A DNA stretch of 64,000 bases from an uncultured Chthonomonadaceae bacterium (GTDB taxonomy: Bacteria; Armatimonadota; Chthonomonadetes; Chthonomonadales; Chthonomonadaceae): positions 96,001 through 160,000 of the forward strand of contig CAWIEK010000053.1 of NCBI GenBank assembly GCA_963835065.1. Direction: 5' to 3'. The translations under genes were made by a program, and so were the position numbers. Below the pieces are notes generated by a model that worked only from the letters and a program-made list of their open reading frames with translations, was not told the DNA's origin and ran no database searches. This document shows, piece after piece, positions 12,627 to 22,684 of the stretch. Every line of letters starts with the position of its first letter. The stretch's first letter is position 1.

Positions 12627-13257
12627 AACAAGTGTAGAATGGCCATATGAAACTGTTTGCCCATGCTGAAGATGAAGCTGTGGATACAAATTGGAGGTAA
12701 CTGCCAAAAGTCATTGCTAATGTACTCCACTGTCCCTTTCATCTTGGTAGTTGCTCGCCGTTTTAAGAACAGCGTCCTGCACGAGCGAAACACTTCCGAC
12801 ATATTTACTGTCAATGACAAAGCCCAACATCGCGGCAACTTCATGTCCGAGGCAATATTTCCCGGTGACGAAATCCATCAGGCCTTTGTCACATACTTCT
12901 TTGCCAAGTTCACTTATCAACACTGGTCACTCTTTTACACTCCAAACCGAAAAATTTTGTTCCGCAGAAGAGTACAAACGTAAAGTCAATGAACCGTCAG
13001 GTTTAAGCTTTACTCATTTCTACTTGCGCGCCTTCATGATTATCAACAGTTGGATGCTTTGCCAAGTCACTTCGCTTCTTCGCGTCAATAATTCCCTAGT
13101 ACAAAGCGCCCGCAATAGCTGGTTCGTCACTTAACGATTTTACAATCGGTTCGTAACGAACGGATTTCCATGCCTCTTCAATAAGTTGAAGCACAGTGGC
13201 AACGATGTTTAATCGCGCGGGTACAGGAGGTGTTTCCTGCTGCATTCGTATCGTCAT
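12614..13257 (-). pseudogene. fragmented PD-(D/E)XK-like nuclease gene translationally coupled to the methylase
   Basis: ATG at 13257 overlaps the methylase stop (ATGA). Fragments read FFGLECKRV, GLMDFVTGKYCLGHEVAAMLGFV and ILHLF across several frameshifts. Confidence 0.55.
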
Positions 13258-16200
13258 CCGGCAGCATTTTGTACCCATGTAGTATCGGACAAGTAATAGT
13301 CGGCGTCATTCAATCCTGCCGAGCGACTCCAAAAACGCTTTTCTGCGGGTTTGACTATGTAAATGTCATTGTCATTGTAAATGCGTAAGTTGCGGCGGGA
13401 GTAGAGACGATCTGCAATGCGGTCAGGAAGTTCACGCGCAATGCTTTCCAGAACGTTTCGCAATTCCTGATGCGGCACGGTTCTCACACTTACATGTCTG
13501 CCTGCTATAGGAACAATGCGGAACTTTACAACTGCTAATGGCGCGTTGCCAACATCAAACACTTCGGCAATGACAGTGTGGGTGTTCATGGCGCGAAAGA
13601 ACGGGCTGAACAATACTGAGAAATCGTTCTCCGTATGCCTCTAATTCTTCATGGTTCGGACGTAGGTAAGCCTGTGAATTCTGACCTCTTCATGTGAAGA
13701 TTAATCGTTAAGTTTGATTGTATCCTCAACCAGGTATCGTTCCGTTACCAGCTTAGACCATAAAGATCAAACACGGCCTCATTCAAATTTTCGCTGCAAT
13801 AGCTGAGATTACCATGTGAAGCTAGTTGCTCGTTCCAGTATTTGAATATCGTTGAAGTGATCACGTTGTTCAATGTGATCAGGAATTGGTATAGGCAGAC
13901 GTAACAAATCGGTAAGTTCAACTTTGCTGCTTTCTACTCCCCACACTAGAACCTGTTAAAAACAAAAGTACGATGCAAATGCGAGTTGAAAATGCCATTT
14001 AGAAAATAGACGTTTATCAGCATTCGATGCCCTACAGGAAAACCAAGATAATCTCTCTGTGTAAAGCACATTAAAATCAACAGTTGAAGCAATAAAATCC
14101 TTTTGTGAGATACCACGAGTAGCTAACAGAACGGCCCGAGTAAATCTTCAGGTCGGCTATGTCCCCGTCGAACATTTAGATTTAGAGTGAGTATCTTCAA
14201 GATCAACGTATCAAAGGTATAAGGAAACATTTCACCAGACGGCAGAAATTTTGTTGGGAATTGGTTGGTTCCTGACCGGTTTCCACTTGCTTCAATCCAC
14301 GCCCTTGCAGGTTTCGCCCATTTCCACTTACCAAGGAGATACCTAACGGAGAAAATAGGGCGTATCGCGCAAACGTTCAATCAAAGCCATATCACGAGCG
14401 TTACCCCATGCTGCCACTTTCAGCATATCGGGGTCAGTGGCAGCGCAATGGACGGGCAAGCGCCTTAACGTTTTCCGGTCCGATTTCGAGAATGCCATTT
14501 TTTCTGAATGCGTCTGACCACTCCACGCTGATGTAGGCGCAGGTATCTTTGTCATTGGCTTTCTGCCCTGTTCCAATATAAACCAATGCAGGGGCAACTG
14601 CATTGGAAACAATTTCTGCTTGTGTAGCTCGGAAAAATTGACAAGTGTATCAGGCTTGAAGCGTTGTAGCAGGGCGCTTTTTGCTGCGTAGGCTTCTTCT
14701 GTATGGCTGAAAAAGGGGGAGGCATGGAGAATCAGGCCGATTCTGTGTCTTCTCAGAAGCAAAATCGCCAACACGCCATAAGAAGGCTTGTGAAAGGTAG
14801 TTTTTGGCTACAGGCCGGTCGGATGACGCTTACAGTATTGACGGCCCGGGCTGCCAATCGGCTCCTGCTTCCAGGGCGGATTGCCAACGATTGCGTCCAG
14901 TTTTTTGCTGAGAAACGGCTCATGTCTGCTAAAATCAGTATCTTTACACTTTCTAAAAAATGAGATAGGAAAACAATACTGCCCATTCGTTTCTCTGTAT
15001 CTCAAAATATGAGAAAGTGCAAAGGCTACTGTCAGTATATGCTTGCTCGTTAAAAACATCGGCAACAAACAGATTACGTCCACGCAAATGCTCGAACTTC
15101 AATGCTTCCGGTGGTTGTGGCACGTCGTCCAATTCCAAAGCGGTCAGGTACAGACTGAAAGCCGCGATTTGAATGGCTTCCGGGCTGATGTCAACGCCGA
15201 ATATCTGATTGTGAAGGGTATCGCGTACCATTTCGCGTGAAATGTTTTCGCCTTCCTCCACGCGCCGCGCTACTAACCGCCGCAATCCCTCCACAAGAAA
15301 CACGCCAGAACCGCAGGATAAATCTGCAATTCTGGCTTTGTTAGGAAGACGCGGGCAAATTTCGGAAAGCACTAAATCCACCAGATTGTACGGCGTGTAG
15401 TGCATGCTTTGCTGCTTTGCTTTATTGGGATTATTTGAGCGAGCGAACATCTCGTAGATAGAACTGATTAGCTCAACCGGAATTACGTCGAACTCATATC
15501 GCCATAAACGTCCCTGCCCCGCTGGATTACCTCGTCCTTCAAGCAGGTTTTGAATTATTTCAAGATGTGCCGATTGAACAATGTTTTCCTCTTGCACAGG
15601 TTGTTTGTTTGATGCCTCATGCGTCAGCGGAAACAAGTCTCCGTTAAAAGTTGTGCGTATCCAGTGAAAGAACTTATAAGCACTGATTTTATCAGCGAGA
15701 ATAGCGGCAACTTCCTCATGACCGAACCGTTCAAACAAGAAGTCAGCAGAAACAATACCCCGATCCTTTAGGTACGCCGCAAAAATGGAACGCCCAAGCA
15801 AAGAGTGTGCCACTGAACTTTTCAGTTCCGGCTCTGCATCCACCTTGATTTCAAGCAGACGCTCTTCGGCAAATTTAAGGTCGCTTAGCAGAGAGTTGTC
15901 AACGCGGTTGTCACGGTTGATGCGTTGGGCTGCTTCCTGTTGCCAGAAACGTCCACTTTCAAATTGAACACGGCCCGCAAAATCATTCAGGCGGCGCAAG
16001 TCCTCTTCTGTCCGTTGAAAAACATCAAGGATAGGTTTGTTGTTCTTGGTATATTTTCCTTTTTGCTGAGGTTTGGCGAAGTTATTATAAATGCGTATTT
16101 CTGTTGGCGTGAAAACCCACATCAAAGGCGCAAGTCCCTGATTCCACGCAGTGTTATGGAGCTTTTCTAATTGATGGGCGGAGGGTTGTGCTTCAAATTC

Positions 16201-16428
16201 TTTGAAGTAAATACAAGGGGAACCTGATAATTCATAAATAGCAGTAGCGCCGATTTTGTTCTCAGCTATAACCGCGCTGTATTTGGCGGCTTTATCTGCA
16301 TAGCCGTTAGCAGGCGTTCGCAAGAAAGCGGCATCAAATACGCCGGGCGTGGGTTTGTCCTCCCGATAAAAACCCGTTCGCTCCATGACTTGCAGGAATG
16401 TTTCGTCAGTAGGCGCTTGTGTACTCAT
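13254..16428 (-). pseudogene. large N6-adenine DNA methyltransferase (HsdM/Type IIG-like, with C-terminal target-recognition region), disrupted
   Basis: IPVELISSIYE, HYTP, motif I DLSCGSGVFL and motif IV IVGNPPW. Interrupted by a 103-bp insertion and many frameshifts. AT-richer than the flanks. Confidence 0.85.
14934..15036. mobile_element. MITE-like 103-bp insertion with imperfect terminal inverted repeats
   Basis: CAGTATCTTTACACTTTCT (from 14936) versus AGAAAGTGCAAAGGCTACTG (to 15031); inner TGAGATA/TATCTCA. Removing it rejoins the methylase frame. Confidence 0.7.
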
Positions 16429-16600
16429 ACTGGCTTCCTTGCGCTTGTGTCTGGCCGGAATCGCAACGAAAGAGACGCAGAATTTGCTTCCGCCTCTCTT
16501 TTCGCCTTATCCTAAAGGTACAAGTATTTGAATTGGGTAGAGTTTAGCACAGAAGCCGACTCTTGTCAACGCAAATTCTACTTATTTTTCCAAATATGTT

Positions 16601-17164
16601 TTAGAACCTTGCGCCGACGTTGAAGGAAAAGCCGCGCAGGTGGTTGTGTTCGCCGTCGTGGTAGGTGAGTTCGAGGAACGGCTGCGTTTGTTTGGGATGC
16701 GACACGCGGAAGTTGTAGCCCAGCAGGTACTCGGTTGCGAAACCGTTGACGTTGCGAAACTCGTGGACGCGCGCCTGCGTGAAGCTATAGCCCAATCCCA
16801 GCCCGCCATACGCGCCCGTGTTGGCGATCCCGTACTTCGCGTTTACCAGAAAGCGGTAGATGTTGCCGTCCGTGTCCGCGCCCGAACGGTTGCTGCCGCC
16901 TAACGTGATGGTCGGCGAAAAGTACACGCAGCCCAGATACTTCACCTTGTGGATAATGGGCAAATCCGCGCCGATTTCAAAGCCTTCCAGATGGTTGCGC
17001 GCGCCGTTGTTGTTGAAGTCGTTGCCCAGATGAAACCCGCCGCGAACGGCAAATTGGGCGGGCAACTCCTGCGCCCGCGCCGCGCTCGTTCCCATCCACA
17101 TCAAGCCGATAAACGCGCATGCCGTTACCCCGGTCACGTTTTTGTTTTTCCATTTACCTTGCAT
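16601..17164 (-). CDS. small outer-membrane beta-barrel protein
   Basis: Signal peptide, amphipathic strands, YGGLGLGYSF, terminal ...FNVGARF. RBS GAGAGGGG. Confidence 0.75.
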   Translation of the reverse strand: MQGKWKNKNVTGVTACAFIGLMWMGTSAARAQELPAQFAVRGGFHLGNDFNNNGARNHLEGFEIGADLPIIHKVKYLGCVYFSPTITLGGSNRSGADTDGNIYRFLVNAKYGIANTGAYGGLGLGYSFTQARVHEFRNVNGFATEYLLGYNFRVSHPKQTQPFLELTYHDGEHNHLRGFSFNVGARF

Positions 17165-17324
17165 GTCGCTGCCCCTCTCGCGTTTCATTACGCCTGTTCT
17201 ATTCTGCCGCGCGCATCATATTCCGCCGCGCTTGTTTGGCAAACCCTCACAAATATACCCGGTTTCTATCCTTTTCATCGGCGCGGGAACGGCGCGGCGA
17301 CAGGTTAAAATTAGGGAATAGACG

Positions 17325-17359
17325 AAAAATGCCCGATGACCGTTAAACGATCATCGGGC
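17325..17359 (-). terminator. intrinsic terminator
   Basis: Stem GCCCGATGA/TCATCGGGC followed by a U5 run on the minus strand. Confidence 0.65.
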
Positions 17360-17462
17360 GATGCGCCTGTCCACGCGAGAACGCACGCAGGTTCCCGGAA
17401 TTCCGGCTCCCGTGTCGAGGGGAAGAACACGGCGCGACAGGAAACGCCAACAAAGAGGTGAT
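17325..17462 (-). ncRNA. candidate structured sRNA or 5' leader (four-way junction), family unassigned
   Basis: Closing stem CCTGT..CGCG/CGCG-ACAGG (17366-17441) encloses three hairpins and is followed by a terminator. Confidence 0.4.
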
Positions 17463-17663
17463 TGAAGCATTTTGTTTATTAGCGCAAGTCTTTTATTTTA
17501 TTCCTTTTCATAGCAACCGGTTTTCGGCTGCCGGCGGCCTTGTTCTCCTCACCCGCAGACGCCGTTGTCTGCCGGGTGAATGAACATGCCTTAGTATGTC
17601 CTAAAAACGCGGTCTTCGCCGTGAAGCCGGGCACACGCCGCTTGTGAACTGTGTCACAGGGGA

Positions 17664-17781
17664 AGGCATTAGGCATTGGGCATTAGGCATTAGCGGCAGG
17701 GCAGAAGGCAGAAAGCAGAAGATAGAAGCTAGAAAAGGATTGTGCCTCTTCTCTAATGCCTAATGCCCAATGCCTAATGCC
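17664..17781. repeat. inverted heptamer-repeat hairpin
   Basis: (AGGCATT)n ... (AATGCCT)n arms. The same unit recurs near 10067, 18751, 27046-27165 and 31590. Confidence 0.85.
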
Positions 17782-17881
17782 TTCCCCCCTGCTTGCAAAA
17801 TAATTGCGGAGGGTTGTAGAAATCGTGAATTTCTAGTATAATAGGCGGGAAGCACATAGCTGCAATTCCGCGGGTCTTGCG

Positions 17882-18643
17882 ATGGATCCACGAAGCCTCA
17901 CATCGCGCCAGACGGTAATCGAAGCAACATATACTCCACGGATCGAGGGCCACAGGGTGATCAGTGACTTGCAGCAACATCTATCCGCCAGCCATATTAA
18001 ATTTTCGGACATGGCGGACCGGGACATAGTCGAGCGGGCGCAGCGCGGCGACGAAACCGCTGCGGAGTACCTGCTCTACAAATATCGTAATCTTGTCCGC
18101 ACCAAAGTCAAGTCGTACTTTCTCGTGGGCGCTGAGAAAGAGGACTTGCTGCAGGTCGGCATGATCGGGCTTTGGCAGGCGATTATAGATTTCCGTTGTG
18201 ACAAGGCGATTTCCTTCCCGGCCTTTGCGAAAGTCTGTATTCAGCGCCACATCATCACGGCTATCAAAACGGCCACGCGCCAAAAACAGATGCCGCTTAA
18301 CTCGTCGCTTTCTCTGGAAAGCCCCGCCGAAGATTCCGGCCCGGACTGGAACCTCTCCGACATCATCCCCGCGACGGAAACACAGGACCCCGAAGACCTC
18401 GTGATTCAGGGCGAAGACACCAAAGTGCTGCACGAAATGCTCCAGCAAGTGCTTTCGGATTTCGAGTGGAGCGTCCTCGCCGGGTATCAAATCGGGAAAT
18501 CCTATCGGGAAATCGCCTGCGAACTGCATTGCAAAACCAAGTCCGTAGACAACGCCCTTGCCCGCATCAAGCGCAAAGTCTCCACCGTGCCGCTCGGCCT
18601 TGCCAACCTGAGCGAACTGCTCGTCAATTCGCCCCTGCGCTGA
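17882..18643 (+). CDS. sigH: RNA polymerase sigma factor SigH (Spo0H-like); true start may be 17957 or 18011
   Basis: KYRNLVRTKVKSYFLVGAEKEDLLQVGMIGL, IITAIKTATRQKQMPLNS, KSVDNALARIKRK. Confidence 0.9.
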   Translation: MDPRSLTSRQTVIEATYTPRIEGHRVISDLQQHLSASHIKFSDMADRDIVERAQRGDETAAEYLLYKYRNLVRTKVKSYFLVGAEKEDLLQVGMIGLWQAIIDFRCDKAISFPAFAKVCIQRHIITAIKTATRQKQMPLNSSLSLESPAEDSGPDWNLSDIIPATETQDPEDLVIQGEDTKVLHEMLQQVLSDFEWSVLAGYQIGKSYREIACELHCKTKSVDNALARIKRKVSTVPLGLANLSELLVNSPLR

Positions 18644-18976
18644 CACAACATTGTCGGTATTCGGTATTCGGTGTTCCGGTGTTCGGGTATTCAGGTGGTG
18701 GATTTTCGATTGCCGATTGTGAATGCGGCTTCTGTCTTCAGTCTTCTTCCCTAATGCCTGATGCCTAATATCTTCTGCCTCTCACATCTTAATTTGCAAA
18801 CAGCAGCGCGCGGAACATCGGTACAGAGTTCCGCGCGTTGTTGTTACGGCTCCCAGCAGGGCTTATTCTTCCTCATTATGCCTTGCTTGCGCAAACAGGT
18901 TACGGCTCGAAAACGTATAAATAGTGAGTGCCATTAGTCCTCACGCAAGCCCGCAGACAGGGGAAGGAGCCGCAAA

Positions 18977-19285
18977 ATGCGCTTTGAAGGCTACGATGAT
19001 GATGTGCCGGATGAAGAGACAGTTCTGGATGAATTTCTGGGCGAAAACCCTCGCGCCCGTGACCTGCGCCTGATGCGCTCCGCCCTGGAGCAGCGCCGCG
19101 CCATGTTTACGCGGGACAAAGCGCGTGGCAGGGACGAGCGCGAACAAGCTGCCATGAGCGTCAAAATCGCCGAGTTGGACAAGCAGATCGCCGCCCTGCG
19201 ACAAGAAGAAGAGATCACCTCGTTCGTGGAAAGTTCGGTGCGCGTCACGCTGCAAAGTGTTCCCCTCAGCGACTCCGGCGAGTAA
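18977..19285 (+). CDS. hypothetical coiled-coil protein
   Basis: ORF with AAGGAG RBS; helical composition. Confidence 0.7.
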   Translation: MRFEGYDDDVPDEETVLDEFLGENPRARDLRLMRSALEQRRAMFTRDKARGRDEREQAAMSVKIAELDKQIAALRQEEEITSFVESSVRVTLQSVPLSDSGE

Positions 19286-19428
19286 GAAGAGAAGAAAAAG
19301 AGAGAAAAGGAGACGGCATGCCCAATTCCTGAACACCCGAACACCTGAACACCGAACACCGAACTCCTGAATACCCTAACCACATAGAACCCTGAAACCC
19401 TGAAACTCTAAAACCTATTACCGGATCA

Positions 19429-19638
19429 ATGACTATGGCAAAAGCAAGAAAACCGAATTGTCACTCGTGCGGGCAGGCGCTGCGGGAGGAAGAAACGCAA
19501 TGTTCGCGCTGCCATGTGGCGCGACGCGGCGACGCTAACCGGCCCATGATGGCCGCGTATGCCCTGTTTCTGCTCATCGCGTTTGTGGCGGGCACAATCA
19601 CCATTAGCTACCTGCGCAACACCCTGCACATTCAATAA
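19429..19638 (+). CDS. small zinc-ribbon membrane protein
   Basis: CHSC...CSRC followed by one TM helix. Confidence 0.65.
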   Translation: MTMAKARKPNCHSCGQALREEETQCSRCHVARRGDANRPMMAAYALFLLIAFVAGTITISYLRNTLHIQ

Positions 19639-19710
19639 ACTGTTTGCTGCTTGAATTCTGCCGATGTTGACCGTTTCTGACAAGCCGTTTTAGACTGTTG
19701 AGCAACCATT

Positions 19711-21133
19711 ATGAGCGAATATGACGCGGTGGTGGTGGGATCGGGACCGAATGGACTGGCGGCGGCGATTGTGATGGCGCAGGCGGGGCGTTCAGTTCTC
19801 GTGCTGGAAGCCGAACACCAGTTGGGCGGCGGCGCGCGCACGTTCGAGCTGACCCTGCCCGGATTTCGGCACGACATTTGCTCCGCCGCGCATCCCCTGG
19901 GCTTCGCTTCTCCCTTTTTTCGCCGACTTGCCGCTTGCCGAACACGGCCTGGAATGGATACATCCGCCATTTTCGCTCGCGCATCCGCTGGATACCGGCG
20001 AAGCGGCCATTTTAGATCGCTCGGTAGACGCTACGGCGGCGCGGTTGGGCGCGGATGGGCGCGCGTACAAGCGCCTAATGACGGATTTCGCCGCGCATTG
20101 GGATGACGTTCTGGAAGACGCGCTTGCGCCGCCGATTCATGTTCCCAAACATCCGCTTCTCATGGCGCGTTTGGGCTGGTACGCGGCGCGTTCGGCGGCA
20201 GGGCTGGCAAAGTCGCTGTTTCGTACCGATCCGGGGCAGGCTTTGCTGGCGGGCATTGCCGCCCATGCCGGTACGCCGCTCACCAATCCCATTTCCGGCG
20301 CGTTCGGCCTGATGCTCGGCGTCACGGGCAATGCGACGGGCTGGCCGATTGCGCGGGGCGGGTCACAGTCCATTTCCGACGCGCTGGCCTCGTACCTGCG
20401 TTCGCTTGGCGGCAAAATCCAGACGGATACCCGCGTCACATCGCTGGACGAACTGCCGGCCAGCAAAACGGTCTTCCTCGATTTAACGCCGCGTCAGGCG
20501 CTCAAAGTGGTTGGCGACAAAATGCCCCTCGAATTCCGGCGTCAGCTTGGCCTCTACCGCTACGGCCCCGCGTCCTTCAAAATAGACTGGGCGCTGGACG
20601 GGCCGATCCCGTGGAAAGCGCCCGAATGTGCCCAGGCGGGAACCGTGCATCTCGGCGGCACGCTGGAAGAACTGATCGACTCGGAAAACAAGCCTATCAA
20701 CGGCGAAATTCCTGACCGCCCGTTCGTGCTTGTGGTGCAGCAAAGCGCGTTCGATTCGACCCGCGCCCCGGAGGGAAAGCATACGGGATGGGCGTGGTGT
20801 CACGTCCCTCTCGGCTGCAAGGAAGACATGACGGGACGCATCGAAGCGCAAATCGAGCGGTTCGCGCCCGGTTTCCGCGACCTGATTCTGGCGCGCGCAA
20901 GCATCAAGGCCACGGAAATGTCCGCCCACAACGCCAATTTAGTCGAGGGCGATATTGGCGGCGGCACGGTAGACATACGGCAATTGTTCCTGCGCCCCAC
21001 GCCGCGCATCAACCCCTACACAACCCCGATGAAGGGCGTCTATCTCTGCTCGTCCTCCACGCCTCCCGGCCCCGGCGTCCATGGCATGTGCGGCTACAAC
21101 GCTGCCCAAACCGCGTTGCATGACGGCTTCTAA
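19711..21133 (+). CDS. phytoene dehydrogenase-like FAD-dependent oxidoreductase; frameshift near 19920
   Basis: [47 protein letters not shown]. Confidence 0.88.
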
Positions 21134-21208
21134 ATATCGGTGTTCAGGTGTTCGGTATTCAGGTGTTCAGGAGGTTGGATTTCCGGCTGCAAAGCATGAA
21201 AGCGAATG

Positions 21209-21237
21209 TTGACAGCCTCCTTTCGTTCTGATATACT
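21209..21237 (+). promoter_or_regulatory. sigma-70 promoter
   Basis: TTGACA-17 bp-TATACT upstream of the 21263 gene. Confidence 0.7.
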
Positions 21238-21262
21238 CCCTGCAACAAGGAGGAATAAGAGT

Positions 21263-21541
21263 ATGACTGTACGCATGCCACGCTACTCCAAAGAGGAGTT
21301 TACGCAACGCGGCAATGACATTTACAACGGAAATATTCGCGCGCAAGTGGAAACGGAGCAGAATAAAGGCAAGTTCGTCGCCATTGACATCGAAACGGGC
21401 ACATGGGAAATGGACGCCGACGCTCTTACTGCTTGTGATCGCCTGGAAGCGCGTATCCCTGATTGTCAAACATGGCTTGTGCGCGTAGGCTACGCTTACC
21501 TGCACCGCATGAGCAGCCTTCGCCGTAAAGTGGCGGCATGA
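21263..21541 (+). CDS. DUF5678-like small protein (antitoxin-like), partner gene missing
   Basis: EEFTQRGNDIY...KGKFVAIDIETG...WLVRVGY. RBS AGGAGG. Paralogous to 39050 and 40850. Confidence 0.75.
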   Translation: MTVRMPRYSKEEFTQRGNDIYNGNIRAQVETEQNKGKFVAIDIETGTWEMDADALTACDRLEARIPDCQTWLVRVGYAYLHRMSSLRRKVAA

Positions 21542-21570
21542 TTACCCGTTGTAAAGAAGGAGAACGTTCT

Positions 21571-22011
21571 ATGTTTCGTTATCGCATGATTGCCGCAATG
21601 GTGGCTGTTCCGCTTGCTGTGTTCGCTGTTGTCGGGGTTGTGGCGCAGGCGAAGCCGCAAAGTGACCCGCCGCCTGCCGAAACGCTTTATGTTCGTACTG
21701 CGGACGGGCAGTTTGTGCCGAAAGTCGCCGGCGTAATTAATGTGAACGCAGGAACGATTGTGGTCAATGTGGGAACGCGGGCCGGGTTCAAGCAGGGCGA
21801 CAAAGTGGTTTTCGCGCATCGGACGAAAGCGGGCTTGCTGTTGAAGGGGTTCGGCACCGTGACCCGCGCCTATGCCACCGACTCGGAGTGCGATCTTGCG
21901 AAGGGCATGGAGGCCGGCAGCATCAAGCCCAACGATGAGGTGTACAACGTCAGCCGCGACGATACGCGCTACAGCCTCGCCAAAGCGGAACTCAAGCCCG
22001 CCGGCGAGTAA
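21571..22011 (+). CDS. secreted hypothetical protein
   Basis: AAGGAG RBS; N-terminal signal peptide. Confidence 0.7.
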   Translation: MFRYRMIAAMVAVPLAVFAVVGVVAQAKPQSDPPPAETLYVRTADGQFVPKVAGVINVNAGTIVVNVGTRAGFKQGDKVVFAHRTKAGLLLKGFGTVTRAYATDSECDLAKGMEAGSIKPNDEVYNVSRDDTRYSLAKAELKPAGE

Positions 22012-22177
22012 AACGGAACCTACACATCTTAGAGCAACAAGAAGCCCTTCTCCCGGCCAGGAACGAGCGGCCAGGAGAGGGTTGCAACAAAATAGCCCCT
22101 CTCCTGGCGCGTTGCGCGGCAAGGAGAGGGTGTCCATAAATGGACGCCCGGGGTGAGGTCAACACAAGGACAACACA

Positions 22178-22684
22178 ATGGACGAAGAAGATGACAAACC
22201 CAAACCCCGCCGTTTCCGCCTTGTCGCCTGGCTGCTGGTGGCGATGCTGGTGGTCGGCATGACCACGCTTTTTCTGTCGCCGCCACCACGCGGCGACAGC
22301 AAGTACGGGTTTGTCACCGACCATCCCATAGAAGTCATGTCGGACAGCACCGGGCGGTGGTTCTTTTATGGGCCGGCGCCGGTCACGGGAGGAACGCCGC
22401 AGATTGCGGCAACCGTTCGCAAAGAATTGCTGCCGCAGGGCTTTACGGAAGACGTTTCCAGCAAGCCCTGGTTCCGCTTTATAAAGGGCAGCCGCGAAGT
22501 GATTGTTTGCAACCACAACGAAATCGCCTGGAATCCCGTGTCTCCCAACATCGGCGTCATCCACGAAAAGCCTCCCAAAACACCCGGCAGTACCCTGTGG
22601 CCGGCCTTATGGGTGCATCAGCCGGGATCGGACACGACTGGCGTTGCCGCATTTCAGGTCAAGAAGCTGGTGATGCGCTGGTAA
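22178..22684 (+). CDS. membrane-anchored hypothetical protein
   Basis: Basic patch followed by a TM helix; AAGGA RBS. Confidence 0.65.
   Translation: MDEEDDKPKPRRFRLVAWLLVAMLVVGMTTLFLSPPPRGDSKYGFVTDHPIEVMSDSTGRWFFYGPAPVTGGTPQIAATVRKELLPQGFTEDVSSKPWFRFIKGSREVIVCNHNEIAWNPVSPNIGVIHEKPPKTPGSTLWPALWVHQPGSDTTGVAAFQVKKLVMRW

Noticed and set aside
17366..17441. tRNA, 6S RNA, SRP RNA or a known riboswitch
   Set aside because: There is no D- or T-loop consensus or CCA, it is too short for 6S, and it lacks the SRP and common riboswitch signature sequences.
19325..19415. Short repeat tracts (here and elsewhere) as a CRISPR array
   Set aside because: Units are 7-9 nt in tandem with no unique spacers, and no cas genes are present.
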